DNA of 38,285 bases from a virus (lineage: Duplodnaviria; Heunggongvirae; Uroviricota; Caudoviricetes). Both the position numbers and the translations under genes were made by a program. Below, piece after piece: positions 16,704-27,070 of this stretch (within the stretch, counting starts at the first letter, position 1; each line of letters opens with the position of its first letter). Location of the stretch: the IMG/VR virus record IMGVR_UViG_2645727978_000010; one strand, 5' to 3'. Under the pieces are notes generated by a model, which was not told the origin of the DNA, ran no database searches, and saw nothing but the letters and a program-made list of their open reading frames with translations.

Positions 16704-17180
16704 ATGCAGACACTGAATTCCCAGCGTAAAGCTTTCCTTGATATGGTGGCATGGTCAGAAGGAACAGATAACGGACGGCAGAAAACCAGAAATCACGGTT
16801 ATGATGTTATTGTCGGTGGCGAACTGTTCACTGATTACTCCGATCACCCCCGCAAACTTGTCACGCTAAACCTCAAACTCAAATCAACAGCAGCCGGTCG
16901 CTACCAGCTTCTTTCACGCTGGTGGGATGCCTACCGCAAGCAACTTGGCCTGAAAGATTTTTCTCCAGAAAGCCAGGATGCTGTAGCGCTGCAGCAGATT
17001 AAAGAGCGTGGCGCTTTACCGATGATTGACCGCGGCGATATTCGTCAGGCAATCGACCGTTGCAGCAATATCTGGGCTTCGTTGCCGGGGGCTGGTTACG
17101 GTCAGTATGAACATAGAATCGGTGACCTGATTGCCCGATTTAAAGAAGCGGGTGGGGTGGTAAATGAAGCTGAGATATAA
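16704..17180 (+). CDS. R: Endolysin, lambda R-type lytic transglycosylase (158 aa)
   Basis: Track ORF; sequence QRKAFLDMVAWSEGTDNGRQKTRNHGYDVIVGGELFTDYSDHPRKLVTLN... is near-identical over most of its length to lambda R as I recall it. Confidence 0.9.
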   Translation: MQTLNSQRKAFLDMVAWSEGTDNGRQKTRNHGYDVIVGGELFTDYSDHPRKLVTLNLKLKSTAAGRYQLLSRWWDAYRKQLGLKDFSPESQDAVALQQIKERGALPMIDRGDIRQAIDRCSNIWASLPGAGYGQYEHRIGDLIARFKEAGGVVNEAEI

Positions 17181-17556
17181 GCTGGTTATTGTTGCCTTCT
17201 TTGTTACCGTCATCGGTTCTTTTATCTGGTCTGCCGGGCATTACTACAGCAAATATCAGCACGAAAAGGAGCGTGCTGATGAGGCTGTACGAAATGCTGA
17301 ATCTGCAACAGCCATTACCAGTAACGTCCTGCAATCTCTGCAAATCATCAATACAGTTATAGAGGCTAACCAGCATGCAAAACAGCAGATCGCACTGGAG
17401 TCACAGAGAACCCAGGAAGATATCAAAGTGGCTGTTTCGGGTGATGATTGCGCTGTTCGTATCGTTCCTTCTGGCGCAGTTAAGCGGTTGCACGAATACG
17501 CGAACGGTATACGTGTCGGTGCCGGTCGTTCCGTTACCAGCCAGTCTGACGGATGA
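17164..17556 (+). CDS. Rz: Rz-like inner-membrane spanin (130 aa)
   Basis: Track ORF; start overlaps end of R; N-terminal TM segment LVIVAFFVTVIGSFIW then charged helical region; follows endolysin. Confidence 0.7.
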   Translation: MKLRYKLVIVAFFVTVIGSFIWSAGHYYSKYQHEKERADEAVRNAESATAITSNVLQSLQIINTVIEANQHAKQQIALESQRTQEDIKVAVSGDDCAVRIVPSGAVKRLHEYANGIRVGAGRSVTSQSDG

Positions 17557-17719
17557 AACACCCCAGCCAGATTTACCCGACCCGTTTACGTGGGGAGCTA
17601 GCCTTAACCTGAATGTTGCGTTGTTGTCAGCGTTAGCACAGTGCAACAGGGATAAGGCTGATATCAGGGCTTTTGAGAAAAACAGGGCAGCACAAACCAA
17701 TGGCACGATTAAACGTTAA
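17444..17719 (+). CDS. Rz1: Rz1-like outer-membrane lipoprotein spanin (91 aa), overlapped architecture
   Basis: +1-frame ORF (track 17375..17719) beginning inside Rz; ATG 17444 gives MIALFVSFLLAQLSGC with lipobox LSGC, then a Pro-rich region; extends 163 nt beyond the Rz stop. Confidence 0.65.
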   Translation: MIALFVSFLLAQLSGCTNTRTVYVSVPVVPLPASLTDETPQPDLPDPFTWGASLNLNVALLSALAQCNRDKADIRAFEKNRAAQTNGTIKR

Positions 17720-17854
17720 AGTTATCCCACCAGACAGCGAAACGATGAACGGGATTTTTGCAGAGATTGAACGTAAATATGCGCATCAGCCGATGACGCC
17801 AAAAGTTATCGATGAAATGCAACGCGAAGCTTCATAATTTCCTCAGGTATATCA

Positions 17855-18406
17855 ATGGCACTCACCGACAAGCAAGAAATGTTCTGTCGCGAGTACCTCA
17901 TCGATTTAAACGCCACGCAAGCGGCTATTCGGGCGGGGTACAGCGCAAAGACAGCTAACCGTACCGCATCCGAAAACCTGTCAAAACCTGACATACAATT
18001 CAGAATCGCTGAACTGAAAGCGCAACGCAATGATCTTGTTGGTATTAATGCAGAATATGTACTTAATCGCCTTATTGAAATCGACCAGATGGATGTGCTC
18101 GACATTCTCCTGCAAAACGGTGAGCTAAAGCCCATTAAAGACTGGCCTAAGGTATGGCGCACAACGCTATCAGGAATGGATGTCGTGGAGATGGTATCCG
18201 CAGATAGCGCCGCACTTCTGAAGAAAATCAAATGGCCTGATAAGGTTAAAAACCTTGAGTTGCTTGGGCGTCATGTTTCTGTTCAGGCGTTTAAAGACAA
18301 CGTCAAAAATGAAGTGACTGGCGCTGATGGAGGACCAGTCAGAACAGAAATTACCAACTTAACGCCGGAGCAGGCTGCAGAGGCGTATAGAAAAATGATG
18401 GGCTAA
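17855..18406 (+). CDS. Terminase small subunit (183 aa)
   Basis: Track ORF; N-terminal [28 protein letters not shown] is typical of phage small terminase; immediately upstream of large terminase. Confidence 0.75.
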   Translation: MALTDKQEMFCREYLIDLNATQAAIRAGYSAKTANRTASENLSKPDIQFRIAELKAQRNDLVGINAEYVLNRLIEIDQMDVLDILLQNGELKPIKDWPKVWRTTLSGMDVVEMVSADSAALLKKIKWPDKVKNLELLGRHVSVQAFKDNVKNEVTGADGGPVRTEITNLTPEQAAEAYRKMMG

Positions 18407-18408
18407 GT

Positions 18409-20031
18409 ATGCCGTTACCATTCCCCTTCGATTTTAAACATCCTGATTACCAGATGGTTTTTGAATGGCGGATGGAACGCCTACAGCGCATTCGCCAGAA
18501 TCCTGAAATATTGCCCGTATTGAAGCAGTTTTACCGAACCAATCCGGCTCAGTTCATCATCGACTGGGGCATGACAACGGACCCGCGTAATATTGATTAT
18601 GGCCTGCCGGTGACCATTCCGTTTTTACTCTTCCCTAAGCAGGAGGAGTGGATCCACTGGATTATGGAACGCTGGGGCAATCGGGAGAATGGTATTACCG
18701 AAAAATCCCGTGAAATGGGGCTCAGTTGGACCGCGATCGGACTGGCCTGCTCGCTTTGTCTCTTCAACAAAGAAATGGTTATCGGTTTCGGCTCCCGTAA
18801 AGAGGAATACGTCGACAGCACCGGTGACCCGAAAGCATTGTTCTGGAAGGCACGCAAGTTCGTGGAAACGCTACCTGTAGAGTTTCGCGGTTCGTGGAGC
18901 GAGAAGAAGCACGCGCCATATATGCGTGTTGAGTTTCCTGAAACTGGTGCCGTTATCAAAGGCGAGGCTGGCGATAATATTGGTCGTGGTGACCGTACCA
19001 CGCTTTATCTGGTTGATGAGGCTGCATTCCTTCAGCGTCCTCTGCTGATTGATGCGGCGTTGTCACAAACGACGCGTTGCCGTATCGACCTGAGTTCAGT
19101 TAACGGCATGGCTAACCCGTTCGCTCAGAAGCGTCATGGCGGGAAGATACCGGTATTCACATTCCACTGGCGGGATGATCCTCGCAAGGATGAAGAGTGG
19201 TATCGCAGGGAATGCGAGAAAATCGATAATCCGGTGGTGGTGGCACAGGAACTTGATCTGAACTACAGCGCATCAGCGGAAGGCGTTCTGATTCCATCCG
19301 AATGGGTACAGGCTGCCGTTGATGCGCATATCAAACTGGGTATCCAGCCAACAGGCAAACGACTTGGCGCGATGGATGTCGCCGACGAAGGCAGGGACAA
19401 AAATGCCTTTTCCACCCGTCATGGCTTCCTCCTGGAAAATGTGCGGGAATGGTCCGGTGTGGGCAGCGACATTTATCAGTCCGTCGAGAAGGTTTTCGGC
19501 TTTTGCGAACAGGACAACCTCGAAGAGTTTCGCTTTGACGAGGACGGGCTGGGCGCTGGCGTTCGCGGCGATGCACGCGCTATCAACGAACTGCGTAACG
19601 CTGCGCGTCGACCGTCAATACTTGCCACACCGTTTCGAGGTAGTGGCGCGGTATTTGATCCGGATGATGAAGCTGTTCGCGGGGACAACGGGCAAGCCGC
19701 ACGTCTGAACAAGGACTTCTTCGCTAACGCCAAAGCCCAGAGCTGGTGGCGGTTACGTAAACTTTTTCAGAATACCTGGCGCGCCGTGGTTGAAGGTATG
19801 GCTTACAACCCGGACGAAATCATCTCAATCAGCAGTAGCATGGCACTCAAAGATAAACTCATCATCGAGCTTTCGCAGCCGACCTATTCCATTAATGGTG
19901 TGGGAAAAATCGTTATTGATAAACAGCCTGATGGAACCCGATCGCCAAACCTTGCCGACTCGGTGATGATCAACTATGCCCCAATGAATTCAGCCCTGAA
20001 CATCTGGGAGCTGCTAGGGAGACAGGCCTGA
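18409..20031 (+). CDS. Terminase large subunit (540 aa)
   Basis: Track ORF; size and position between small terminase and portal; Walker-B-like [10 protein letters not shown]. Confidence 0.8.
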   Translation: MPLPFPFDFKHPDYQMVFEWRMERLQRIRQNPEILPVLKQFYRTNPAQFIIDWGMTTDPRNIDYGLPVTIPFLLFPKQEEWIHWIMERWGNRENGITEKSREMGLSWTAIGLACSLCLFNKEMVIGFGSRKEEYVDSTGDPKALFWKARKFVETLPVEFRGSWSEKKHAPYMRVEFPETGAVIKGEAGDNIGRGDRTTLYLVDEAAFLQRPLLIDAALSQTTRCRIDLSSVNGMANPFAQKRHGGKIPVFTFHWRDDPRKDEEWYRRECEKIDNPVVVAQELDLNYSASAEGVLIPSEWVQAAVDAHIKLGIQPTGKRLGAMDVADEGRDKNAFSTRHGFLLENVREWSGVGSDIYQSVEKVFGFCEQDNLEEFRFDEDGLGAGVRGDARAINELRNAARRPSILATPFRGSGAVFDPDDEAVRGDNGQAARLNKDFFANAKAQSWWRLRKLFQNTWRAVVEGMAYNPDEIISISSSMALKDKLIIELSQPTYSINGVGKIVIDKQPDGTRSPNLADSVMINYAPMNSALNIWELLGRQA

Positions 20032-21497
20032 TGGCACGAAACAAACAAGCCCTGCGGCGAACTGCGCAGGCCACAGCTGATGGTTATGAGAATTTTATTG
20101 CCCGCGTAGGGATGCAGACACCTAACCAGCACTCAGCATCCACCTACCGGGCTAATTTCACCAGTCGTAACCGCATGCTGGTGGAATGGTCCTATCGTTC
20201 ATCCTGGATCATCGGCGAAGCAGTCGATGCTATCCCGGATGATATGACCCGCAAAGGCATTCGCATCACGTCGGAAATTGATGCAAAAGATCGTGGCATT
20301 CTCGAATCACAACTGGATGAGTTGCAAATCTGGGATGCGCTGAATGACGTGCTGAAATGGTCGCGCCTCTACGGCGGCGCGGTGGGTTTCATCATGATTG
20401 AGGGGCAGGCACCAATGACCCCGCTGCGACCCGAAACCATCGGTAAGGGCAAGTTTAAGGGGATTCTCCCGCTCGACCGCTGGATGATCGACCCGGTACT
20501 GACCCGCCGCATTAAAGATATGGGGCCGGACCTGGGTAAACCTGAGTTTTACGATGTGGTGACCACAGCAACGGGAATTCCTGCCTGGCGCATTCATCAC
20601 AGTCGCCTGATTCGCTTTGATGGCGTCACGCTGCCATTTCAGCAGAAGATGACCGAGAACGAATGGGGAATGTCGGTTGTAGAGCGTATCTGGGATCGTC
20701 TTACCGCGTTCGACAGCGCTACTGTCGGCGCGGCGCAGCTGGTCTACAAGGCGCATCTGCGCACCTACAGCGTGGAGAAGCTACGCGAGCTTATCGCACT
20801 TGGTGGTCCTGCGTATGAAGCGTTGCTGAAGAATATCGACCTGATTCGACAGTTCCAGAGCAATGAAGGTATGACACTCATGGACTCGCGGGATAAGTTT
20901 GAAACGCATCAGTACAGCTTCAGTGGTCTGGATGACATCCTTTCGCAGTTTGCAGAACAGATTAGTGGCGCTGTTGGTATCCCACTGGTGCGGTTGTTCG
21001 GACAGTCCCCGAAAGGATTTTCTACCGGCGATGCAGACCTTGCCAACTATTACGACCGGGTAAGCTCGTTACAGGAGAGGCGTTTACGTCTTCCGGTGCG
21101 GCGGATACTGGACATCATGCATCGTTCGGAGCTTGGCAAGCCGCTGCCGGACGATTTCACGTTTGAGTTTAACCCGCTCTGGCAAATGTCTGATGTCGAT
21201 CGCTCAACGGTGGCGTTAAACACTACCAACGCAATCAGTACGGCGCTGGGTGATGGTCTGATGACACTGAAAGCCGCTATGACTGATTTGCGCGAAAATT
21301 CTGACGTAACCGGCATCGGGGCATCCATTACCGACGAGGACATCGAGAATGCCGAAGATGAAGCGCCGCCCGGCATCGGCGAATCTGATGACGAACCGCA
21401 GGAACCGTCAGGCGGAAATCCGCTATCGAACCAGCCTACGCAGGATAGCGCGGGCGGTCGGAGACATCGTAAATGGTCGCTACGATGGTTCAAATGA
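20031..21497 (+). CDS. Portal protein (488 aa)
   Basis: Track ORF; ATG overlaps terminase stop (TGATG); size and position; acidic C-terminal tail. Confidence 0.7.
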   Translation: MARNKQALRRTAQATADGYENFIARVGMQTPNQHSASTYRANFTSRNRMLVEWSYRSSWIIGEAVDAIPDDMTRKGIRITSEIDAKDRGILESQLDELQIWDALNDVLKWSRLYGGAVGFIMIEGQAPMTPLRPETIGKGKFKGILPLDRWMIDPVLTRRIKDMGPDLGKPEFYDVVTTATGIPAWRIHHSRLIRFDGVTLPFQQKMTENEWGMSVVERIWDRLTAFDSATVGAAQLVYKAHLRTYSVEKLRELIALGGPAYEALLKNIDLIRQFQSNEGMTLMDSRDKFETHQYSFSGLDDILSQFAEQISGAVGIPLVRLFGQSPKGFSTGDADLANYYDRVSSLQERRLRLPVRRILDIMHRSELGKPLPDDFTFEFNPLWQMSDVDRSTVALNTTNAISTALGDGLMTLKAAMTDLRENSDVTGIGASITDEDIENAEDEAPPGIGESDDEPQEPSGGNPLSNQPTQDSAGGRRHRKWSLRWFK

Positions 21498-22122
21498 CAG
21501 TATCACGGAAATTATTGAGGCGCTGGAACGCTACAGTGAAATCATCACCCCCTGGGCGACAAAGGTCGCGGAAAACTTTACTGCGGACCTAACCCGGCAG
21601 AACGAGAAAGTTTGGCGGCAACACAGCAAGAACATCAGTCGCGAGCTCCGCAATCTTGTGGAAAGCGCTCCTGTGGGCCAGGTGATGCAATCCATCATCG
21701 CCGAACAGGTCAAGTACATCAAATCGCTCCCCCTCGAGGCGGCTGACAGGGTGTACGACATCCAGAATCGGGCGACAGAAGCTGTTGTGACCGGTGGGAG
21801 AGCAGAATATTTTGCTAAAGAAATAGCCGCATCGGGTGATATAGCAAAGTCCAGAGCTGACCTGATTGCCCGTACTGAACTTGGACGTGCAACCGGCGCG
21901 CTGGATCAGGCGCGTGCGCTGTCAATTGGTTCGAATAGTTATATCTGGCGTACAGCCGAAGATGGTGACGTCAGGCATTCTCATCGGGAAATGGAAGGTA
22001 AATTTGTCGAATGGGGCAAACCTCCAACGCTTGACGGCATGACAGGTCACGCTGGCGAGCTCCCGAATTGTCGCTGTTATAAAGAAATCGTTTTTCCCAC
22101 CTCCCAATCTTATCCCGCCTGA
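21349..22122 (+). CDS. Head morphogenesis (minor head, Mu F/SPP1 gp7-like) protein; start uncertain
   Basis: Track ORF in +1 frame relative to portal, overlapping its last 149 nt; in-frame ATGs at 21349, 21358 and 21388; family assignment positional. Confidence 0.55.
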   Translation: MPKMKRRPASANLMTNRRNRQAEIRYRTSLRRIARAVGDIVNGRYDGSNDSITEIIEALERYSEIITPWATKVAENFTADLTRQNEKVWRQHSKNISRELRNLVESAPVGQVMQSIIAEQVKYIKSLPLEAADRVYDIQNRATEAVVTGGRAEYFAKEIAASGDIAKSRADLIARTELGRATGALDQARALSIGSNSYIWRTAEDGDVRHSHREMEGKFVEWGKPPTLDGMTGHAGELPNCRCYKEIVFPTSQSYPA

Positions 22123-22136
22123 ATCGCAGGTAACAC

Positions 22137-23357
22137 ATGAAATATTTTTTCAATACCCGGCTGGGGGAAACCCGCTATCAGCTGGCTGACGGCTCGTTGC
22201 TGTGCAGAGACGTGCCGATAGGACGAACAGGTAAGCAGCTCTATGGTGCTGATGACCTGCCAAAACTGAAACCCGATAAGTTCGGTGAAATAGTCGTCAC
22301 GCGTTCTCCTGAGCAGGTATTCCATCCGGCCACGCTTGCCTCATTCGAAGGGATGAGCATCACGATTCTGCATCCTGAAGATGAAAACGGGAATGTGCGG
22401 CTGGTAAATCCCGAGAACTGGAAAGAGCTTGCTGTCGGGCACCTCCAGAATGTCCGGCGCGGGACGGGTGAGCAGTCTGATTTGATGCTGGCTGACCTTA
22501 TCGTCAAAGACGAAAACGCCATTCAGCTTATCGAAGATGGCCTGCGCGAAGTGTCGTGCGGCTATGACGCGGAGTACGAGCAGACCGAGCCAGGTAAAGC
22601 TGAGCAGGTCGATATTACCGGAAACCATGTGGCTCTTGTCCCTAAAGGCAGAGCCGGAAATCGTTGTGCAATTGGAGACAGAGACACAATGGCAAATCAA
22701 AAGAAAAACTGGTGGAACCGCATGCGTGCGGCCATCAAGACAGGAGATGCCGACACCATGAACGAACTGGTGGAGTCGGCTCCCGCATCGGTTACAGGAG
22801 ATGAGGGGGATTTGCCGCAGGGCGTTAATCTCAATATCAACCTGTCCCCGCAGCAACCACTACCGGACAAAGCACCAGAGATGGGGGGAGGCCCAACCGG
22901 CGACAGTGATGATGACCTCAAAACATTACTGAAAGCCCTGCTGGCTAAGCTGGAAGGAAATGCCACGGGCGATAACGATAATAAGCCTGACGATAATCCG
23001 ACCGGTGACGGCGAGGACGATGAAGAGGAAACCACGATTACTGGTGACTCAGCCTGGCGTGCCGAAGTTATTGTTCCGGGTATCGATCTGAGCCGTAAGA
23101 TGAAACCGACCGCGTTCAAACGCGAGGTTCTGGCTTCCGCTGACAAAACGCTGGTTCGCCAGATAGTCGGTGATGCGGATATCCGCAAATTGCCGAAACA
23201 ATCGGTCGACATGGCGTTTAATGCCGTGTCTGAGATTGCCAAAGGGCGAAACACCCGCGCCACCACCGGCGATGCACAGCGCCTAAACATGGGCATGACC
23301 AGTATCGCTTCCCTGAACAAACAAAACGCTGAATTCTGGGCAAACCGTAAAGGGTAA
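22137..23357 (+). CDS. Putative capsid scaffolding/prohead-processing protein (406 aa)
   Basis: Track ORF; between head morphogenesis gene and major capsid gene; acidic low-complexity middle (GDSDDD, GDGEDDEEE). Confidence 0.45.
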   Translation: MKYFFNTRLGETRYQLADGSLLCRDVPIGRTGKQLYGADDLPKLKPDKFGEIVVTRSPEQVFHPATLASFEGMSITILHPEDENGNVRLVNPENWKELAVGHLQNVRRGTGEQSDLMLADLIVKDENAIQLIEDGLREVSCGYDAEYEQTEPGKAEQVDITGNHVALVPKGRAGNRCAIGDRDTMANQKKNWWNRMRAAIKTGDADTMNELVESAPASVTGDEGDLPQGVNLNINLSPQQPLPDKAPEMGGGPTGDSDDDLKTLLKALLAKLEGNATGDNDNKPDDNPTGDGEDDEEETTITGDSAWRAEVIVPGIDLSRKMKPTAFKREVLASADKTLVRQIVGDADIRKLPKQSVDMAFNAVSEIAKGRNTRATTGDAQRLNMGMTSIASLNKQNAEFWANRKG

Positions 23358-23360
23358 AAA

Positions 23361-23867
23361 ATGAATAATGTATTTCTGTACCGGATGCCTGTTGGTATTG
23401 CCGGGGCTGTCTCTCGCCCGCAGGACTTAACCGTCGAACCGGTGGTCCTTAAATCCGATAACGCCTTCGCTGCCTATGGGCTGGCTGGTAAATACGATGA
23501 TGACGGTTTTTTCGTGCCGCTGGCAGATGGTGATACCGCAGACAAGGTGAAGGGGATCTACGTGCGCCCTTATCCGACCACGTCGCAGCCGGACATGGTT
23601 CACCAGGTGGGAACAGGCAAGAACTTCCCGGGCGACGCCATGAAGCGTGGCTACGTGACCGTTAATCTCGGTTCTGATTTTGATGCCAGCACTATCAAAA
23701 AAGGCGACCCGGTATACGTTGTCGTCTCCACTGATGAATCCATCAAAGTGCCGCTGGGTGGATTCATGTCCACGTCAGTCAGTGGCAAAAATGTGGTGCT
23801 GACCAACGCTGAATTCACAGGTGCCGGTGATGCTAACGGCAATGCAGAAATTTCCTGGAAGATTTAA
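23361..23867 (+). CDS. Hypothetical head protein (168 aa), possibly decoration-type
   Basis: Track ORF immediately upstream of major capsid gene; function positional guess. Confidence 0.4.
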   Translation: MNNVFLYRMPVGIAGAVSRPQDLTVEPVVLKSDNAFAAYGLAGKYDDDGFFVPLADGDTADKVKGIYVRPYPTTSQPDMVHQVGTGKNFPGDAMKRGYVTVNLGSDFDASTIKKGDPVYVVVSTDESIKVPLGGFMSTSVSGKNVVLTNAEFTGAGDANGNAEISWKI

Positions 23868-23878
23868 GGAACAGACGA

Positions 23879-24820
23879 ATGATTACTTTTGATCAGGCAA
23901 CCGTTGACAGCTCTGGTGCCTTTCTCATCGGGGAGCTGGAGCGACTCGACCAGACGCTGAACCTGCCACTGGTGGGGTACACCTGGACCCGCGATATTCA
24001 GTTGCGTGAAGATGTCTCTATCGCAGATGACATTTCCAGCTGGACGAATACCAGCTTCGCCGCTGCGGGTACTGGTGCAAATCCGAATGGCAAAAACTGG
24101 GTAGGCAAAGACTCAACCGCTATTGCTGGCGTGAACGTGGATACCGGCAAATCCGGTAACCCGCTGAACCTGTGGGGGATGGAACTTGGCTGGACGGTCA
24201 TAGAATTGCAGGCTGCTCAGCAGGTCGGCCGCCCGATTGATACGCAGAAGTATGACGGGATGCAACTGAAATGGCAGATGGATAACGATGAACAGGTATA
24301 TGTTGGCGATTCCGCATTAAACCTGAAAGGCCTTGTTACCCTGGACGGCGTGCCTGTCAACAACGCTGCCAAAACGTGGGCAACCTCAACACCGGACGAA
24401 ATCCGCGCAAGCATTAACCAGGTGCTGTCTGATGCGTGGGCCGCTTCTGGTTACTCTGTGGTCCCGCGTGATTTGCTGATCCCGCCTGAACAGTTTGCTC
24501 TGTTGTCCAGCATCATCGTTTCATCTGCGGGTAACCAGTCCCTGTTGACGTACCTTCAGACCAACACCATCAGCTATCACCAGAACGGTGTTCCGCTGAA
24601 TATCCGCGCGGTTAAATGGCTGAAAGGCCGTGGTGTGGGGAATAAGGATCGCATGGTTGCGTACACCAACGATAAAAAATACGTCCGCTACCCGCTGGTT
24701 CCGCTTCAGAGCGTGCCGGTGCAGTATCGCGGCCTGTATCAGATCGTCACTTACTACGGCAAGCTGGGTGCAGTCGAGCCAGTGTATAAAGAAACTCTGT
24801 CCTATGTGGACGGTATCTGA
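23879..24820 (+). CDS. Major capsid protein (313 aa), putative
   Basis: Track ORF; size, position and a GC-hairpin immediately downstream (24831-24846), as is common after major capsid genes. Confidence 0.55.
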   Translation: MITFDQATVDSSGAFLIGELERLDQTLNLPLVGYTWTRDIQLREDVSIADDISSWTNTSFAAAGTGANPNGKNWVGKDSTAIAGVNVDTGKSGNPLNLWGMELGWTVIELQAAQQVGRPIDTQKYDGMQLKWQMDNDEQVYVGDSALNLKGLVTLDGVPVNNAAKTWATSTPDEIRASINQVLSDAWAASGYSVVPRDLLIPPEQFALLSSIIVSSAGNQSLLTYLQTNTISYHQNGVPLNIRAVKWLKGRGVGNKDRMVAYTNDKKYVRYPLVPLQSVPVQYRGLYQIVTYYGKLGAVEPVYKETLSYVDGI

Positions 24821-24860
24821 TAACCAGAATGGCCCCGAAAGGGGCCTGAAGGAAACTGAA

Positions 24861-25229
24861 ATGGCGAAAGAAAAGCTGGTTACCATCCATGTTCACACCC
24901 CGTTTACGCTGACGCTCGGCGATCAGTCAAAACAGGAGTTTGGCCGGGGACGGCATAACGTACCGGAAGAGGTCGCGTCGCACTGGTTCACCCAGGCGCA
25001 CTCTGAGCTTTCCGAAAGCGTGATTAGCGACACCGATGATCTGCAACCCATTATCGACGGCCTGCAAGCGCAGATTGCCGACAAAGATAAGCTGATTGCC
25101 GATCTTAAAGATGCATTGCTCAAACTGCAGGAGCAGAACGACAGCCTGCAGGCGCAGATTACTGCCGCCCGGACTGGCGGTAATGGGGCTAAAGATGTCA
25201 AAGAATCAAAGTCTGCCAGCGGTAAGTGA
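24861..25229 (+). CDS. Hypothetical phage protein with coiled-coil C-terminus (122 aa)
   Basis: Track ORF 24630..25229 trimmed to ATG 24861 with AAGGAAA RBS; heptad-like region [42 protein letters not shown]. Confidence 0.5.
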   Translation: MAKEKLVTIHVHTPFTLTLGDQSKQEFGRGRHNVPEEVASHWFTQAHSELSESVISDTDDLQPIIDGLQAQIADKDKLIADLKDALLKLQEQNDSLQAQITAARTGGNGAKDVKESKSASGK

Positions 25230-25602
25230 TTTTCGCCGCGACTTCCCGCAGTTTGCTGACCCGGCAAAATATCCCGACGCCCAAATCGGGTTCCGTCTGA
25301 ATCTGGCCGATGAACTGCTGAGCGAAAATGTCACCGGCAAAAAGTTGTTTCCGTACTTTGCCGGGTTGTTCGTTGCTCACTACATGACGCTCTGGGCGGC
25401 TGACAGCAGAGCGATGCTGGCTGGTGGTCCGGGCGGTTCAACCAATGGTGTTCAGTCCTCAAAGTCCGTGGATAAGGTAAGCGTCAGCTATGACACCAGC
25501 GCGACGCTGAATCCTGATGCAGGTTTCTGGAATAACACCCGATATGGCGCTGAATTTTATCAGTTGATCACGATGTTCGGTGCAGGCGGTCGCCAGCTAT
25601 GA
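25195..25602 (+). CDS. Hypothetical head/neck structural protein (135 aa)
   Basis: Track ORF 25096..25602 trimmed to ATG 25195; start uncertain. Confidence 0.45.
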   Translation: MSKNQSLPAVSDFRRDFPQFADPAKYPDAQIGFRLNLADELLSENVTGKKLFPYFAGLFVAHYMTLWAADSRAMLAGGPGGSTNGVQSSKSVDKVSVSYDTSATLNPDAGFWNNTRYGAEFYQLITMFGAGGRQL

Positions 25603-26153
25603 GTTTCAAAAGCGGTGTAACAACGAGGGTGGATAACGCTAAGGCCATTCTGGATGCGCTCAGGTCGTTAACCAAAAAAGATGTGCTGGTCGGCATCCCT
25701 TCGGAAGACAGCGAACGGGATGATGTTCCGTTTGGTAATGCGGGCATCGGTTACCTCAACGAATACGGCTCACCAGAGCAGAACATCCCGCCACGACCTC
25801 ACCTGGTCCCCGGCGTTAAATCGGCAGAAGAGCAGACGGTGCCGCAGCTTAAAGCCGCGGCGCAGGCTGCACTTGATGGTAATGCTGCGGGAGCAGAAAG
25901 TGCACTCAACCGTGCCGGAACGCTGGCCGTTAATGGCGTCAGGCGTTACATGACCATTACCGGCTTTACGCCGCTTGCTGACAGTACTGTTGAAGCCCGG
26001 GCTCGTCGGGGGCGCAAGGGGGCAACACTGGAACTTGCCCGGCGTGTTGCTGGCGAATCTCCCGGAACCGATCTGGCGAAACCATTAATTGACACCGGGC
26101 AATATCGCAGAGCTATTACCCATGTAGTGAGGGATAAAGATGCCGACTCTTGA
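25599..26153 (+). CDS. Hypothetical head-tail joining region protein (184 aa)
   Basis: Track ORF; ATGA overlap with upstream gene suggests translational coupling. Confidence 0.5.
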   Translation: MSFKSGVTTRVDNAKAILDALRSLTKKDVLVGIPSEDSERDDVPFGNAGIGYLNEYGSPEQNIPPRPHLVPGVKSAEEQTVPQLKAAAQAALDGNAAGAESALNRAGTLAVNGVRRYMTITGFTPLADSTVEARARRGRKGATLELARRVAGESPGTDLAKPLIDTGQYRRAITHVVRDKDADS

Positions 26154-26529
26154 TGTAACAGATGTGCTTTTTGACCCCGATTTTTGCGACTTCAATTTGT
26201 GGGTAACACGCCGTGTGCAAACGGTGGATGAGGACGGAATCGGCAGCGACAGCGAAGTTAAAAAGCAGTTTGCCGGAGTCGTTACTGTTGATCGCTCTCT
26301 GGAAAACCGTCGTATGCAGGCCGGGCAGGTAATCAGTGGTGCAATTCTGATTGTGACGACTGAGCGACTGACGCAGGGACAGACTGGCCGTGATGCCGAT
26401 ATCGTGACGTATCAGGGCCGTGATTACCGTGTGACCTTCGTCGACCCGTATACAGCTTATGGGGCCGGATTCGTTCAGGCGCATTGTGAGTTGATGCCGT
26501 TTGATGGGGGAACTCCGGTTGAGCAATAA
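26140..26529 (+). CDS. Hypothetical structural protein (129 aa)
   Basis: Track ORF; overlaps upstream gene by 14 nt. Confidence 0.5.
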   Translation: MPTLDVTDVLFDPDFCDFNLWVTRRVQTVDEDGIGSDSEVKKQFAGVVTVDRSLENRRMQAGQVISGAILIVTTERLTQGQTGRDADIVTYQGRDYRVTFVDPYTAYGAGFVQAHCELMPFDGGTPVEQ

Positions 26530-27067
26530 CACCAGTACAGAGCGCGGATGGTTAATACCAACCAGTGGCGATCCGGATTATGACGAAGCGCTCGACAGGC
26601 TGTTAAGCCAGTGGATACGTAACGTTTCCGGTCTGTCTGCCGGGATGGTTCGCCCGCGCTGGCAGAAAGAGCAGCCGCCACTGCTACCGGTTGAAACGAA
26701 CTGGTGTGCGTTTGGGGTTATCGGATGGTCAGGTGATGACAGTCCGGCATTCACCAGACAGACCGATGATGGCTCTCAGCTCTGGCGGCATGAAACGATT
26801 GAGTGTATGGCTTCGTTTTATGGACCGGCGGGGATGGTGTATGCGTCCCGGTTTCGTGACGGTATATCTGTGCCGCAGAACAATGCAGCACTGAATGCGC
26901 TGGGGCTGTCTCTTGGCGATTACACAGGTCTGACTCCCTTCCCTGAACTTATTAATCAGCAATGGGTCCGCCGCTACGATATGACGGTGCGCCTGCGCCG
27001 GAAGGTTGTGCGCGAGTACGGTATTAAATCGCTGGTGGATGCACCAGTCATCTTTTTCGGAGATTAA
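26504..27067 (+). CDS. Hypothetical structural protein (about 187 aa); start uncertain
   Basis: Track ORF 26501..27067; candidate starts ATG 26504 or TTG 26519 (the latter after GGGGGA). Confidence 0.45.
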   Translation: MGELRLSNNTSTERGWLIPTSGDPDYDEALDRLLSQWIRNVSGLSAGMVRPRWQKEQPPLLPVETNWCAFGVIGWSGDDSPAFTRQTDDGSQLWRHETIECMASFYGPAGMVYASRFRDGISVPQNNAALNALGLSLGDYTGLTPFPELINQQWVRRYDMTVRLRRKVVREYGIKSLVDAPVIFFGD

Positions 27068-27070
27068 GCT

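Noticed and set aside
17745-17837. 30-codon ORF (MNGIFAEIERKYAHQPMTPKVIDEMQREAS) between Rz1 and small terminase
   Set aside because: Weak RBS and very short; cannot be distinguished from chance without comparative data
22241-23320. Minus-strand ORFs of 93-207 aa inside the scaffold-like gene
   Set aside because: Antisense to a plus-strand CDS in a uniformly plus-strand structural operon; Ser/Pro-rich artefactual translations
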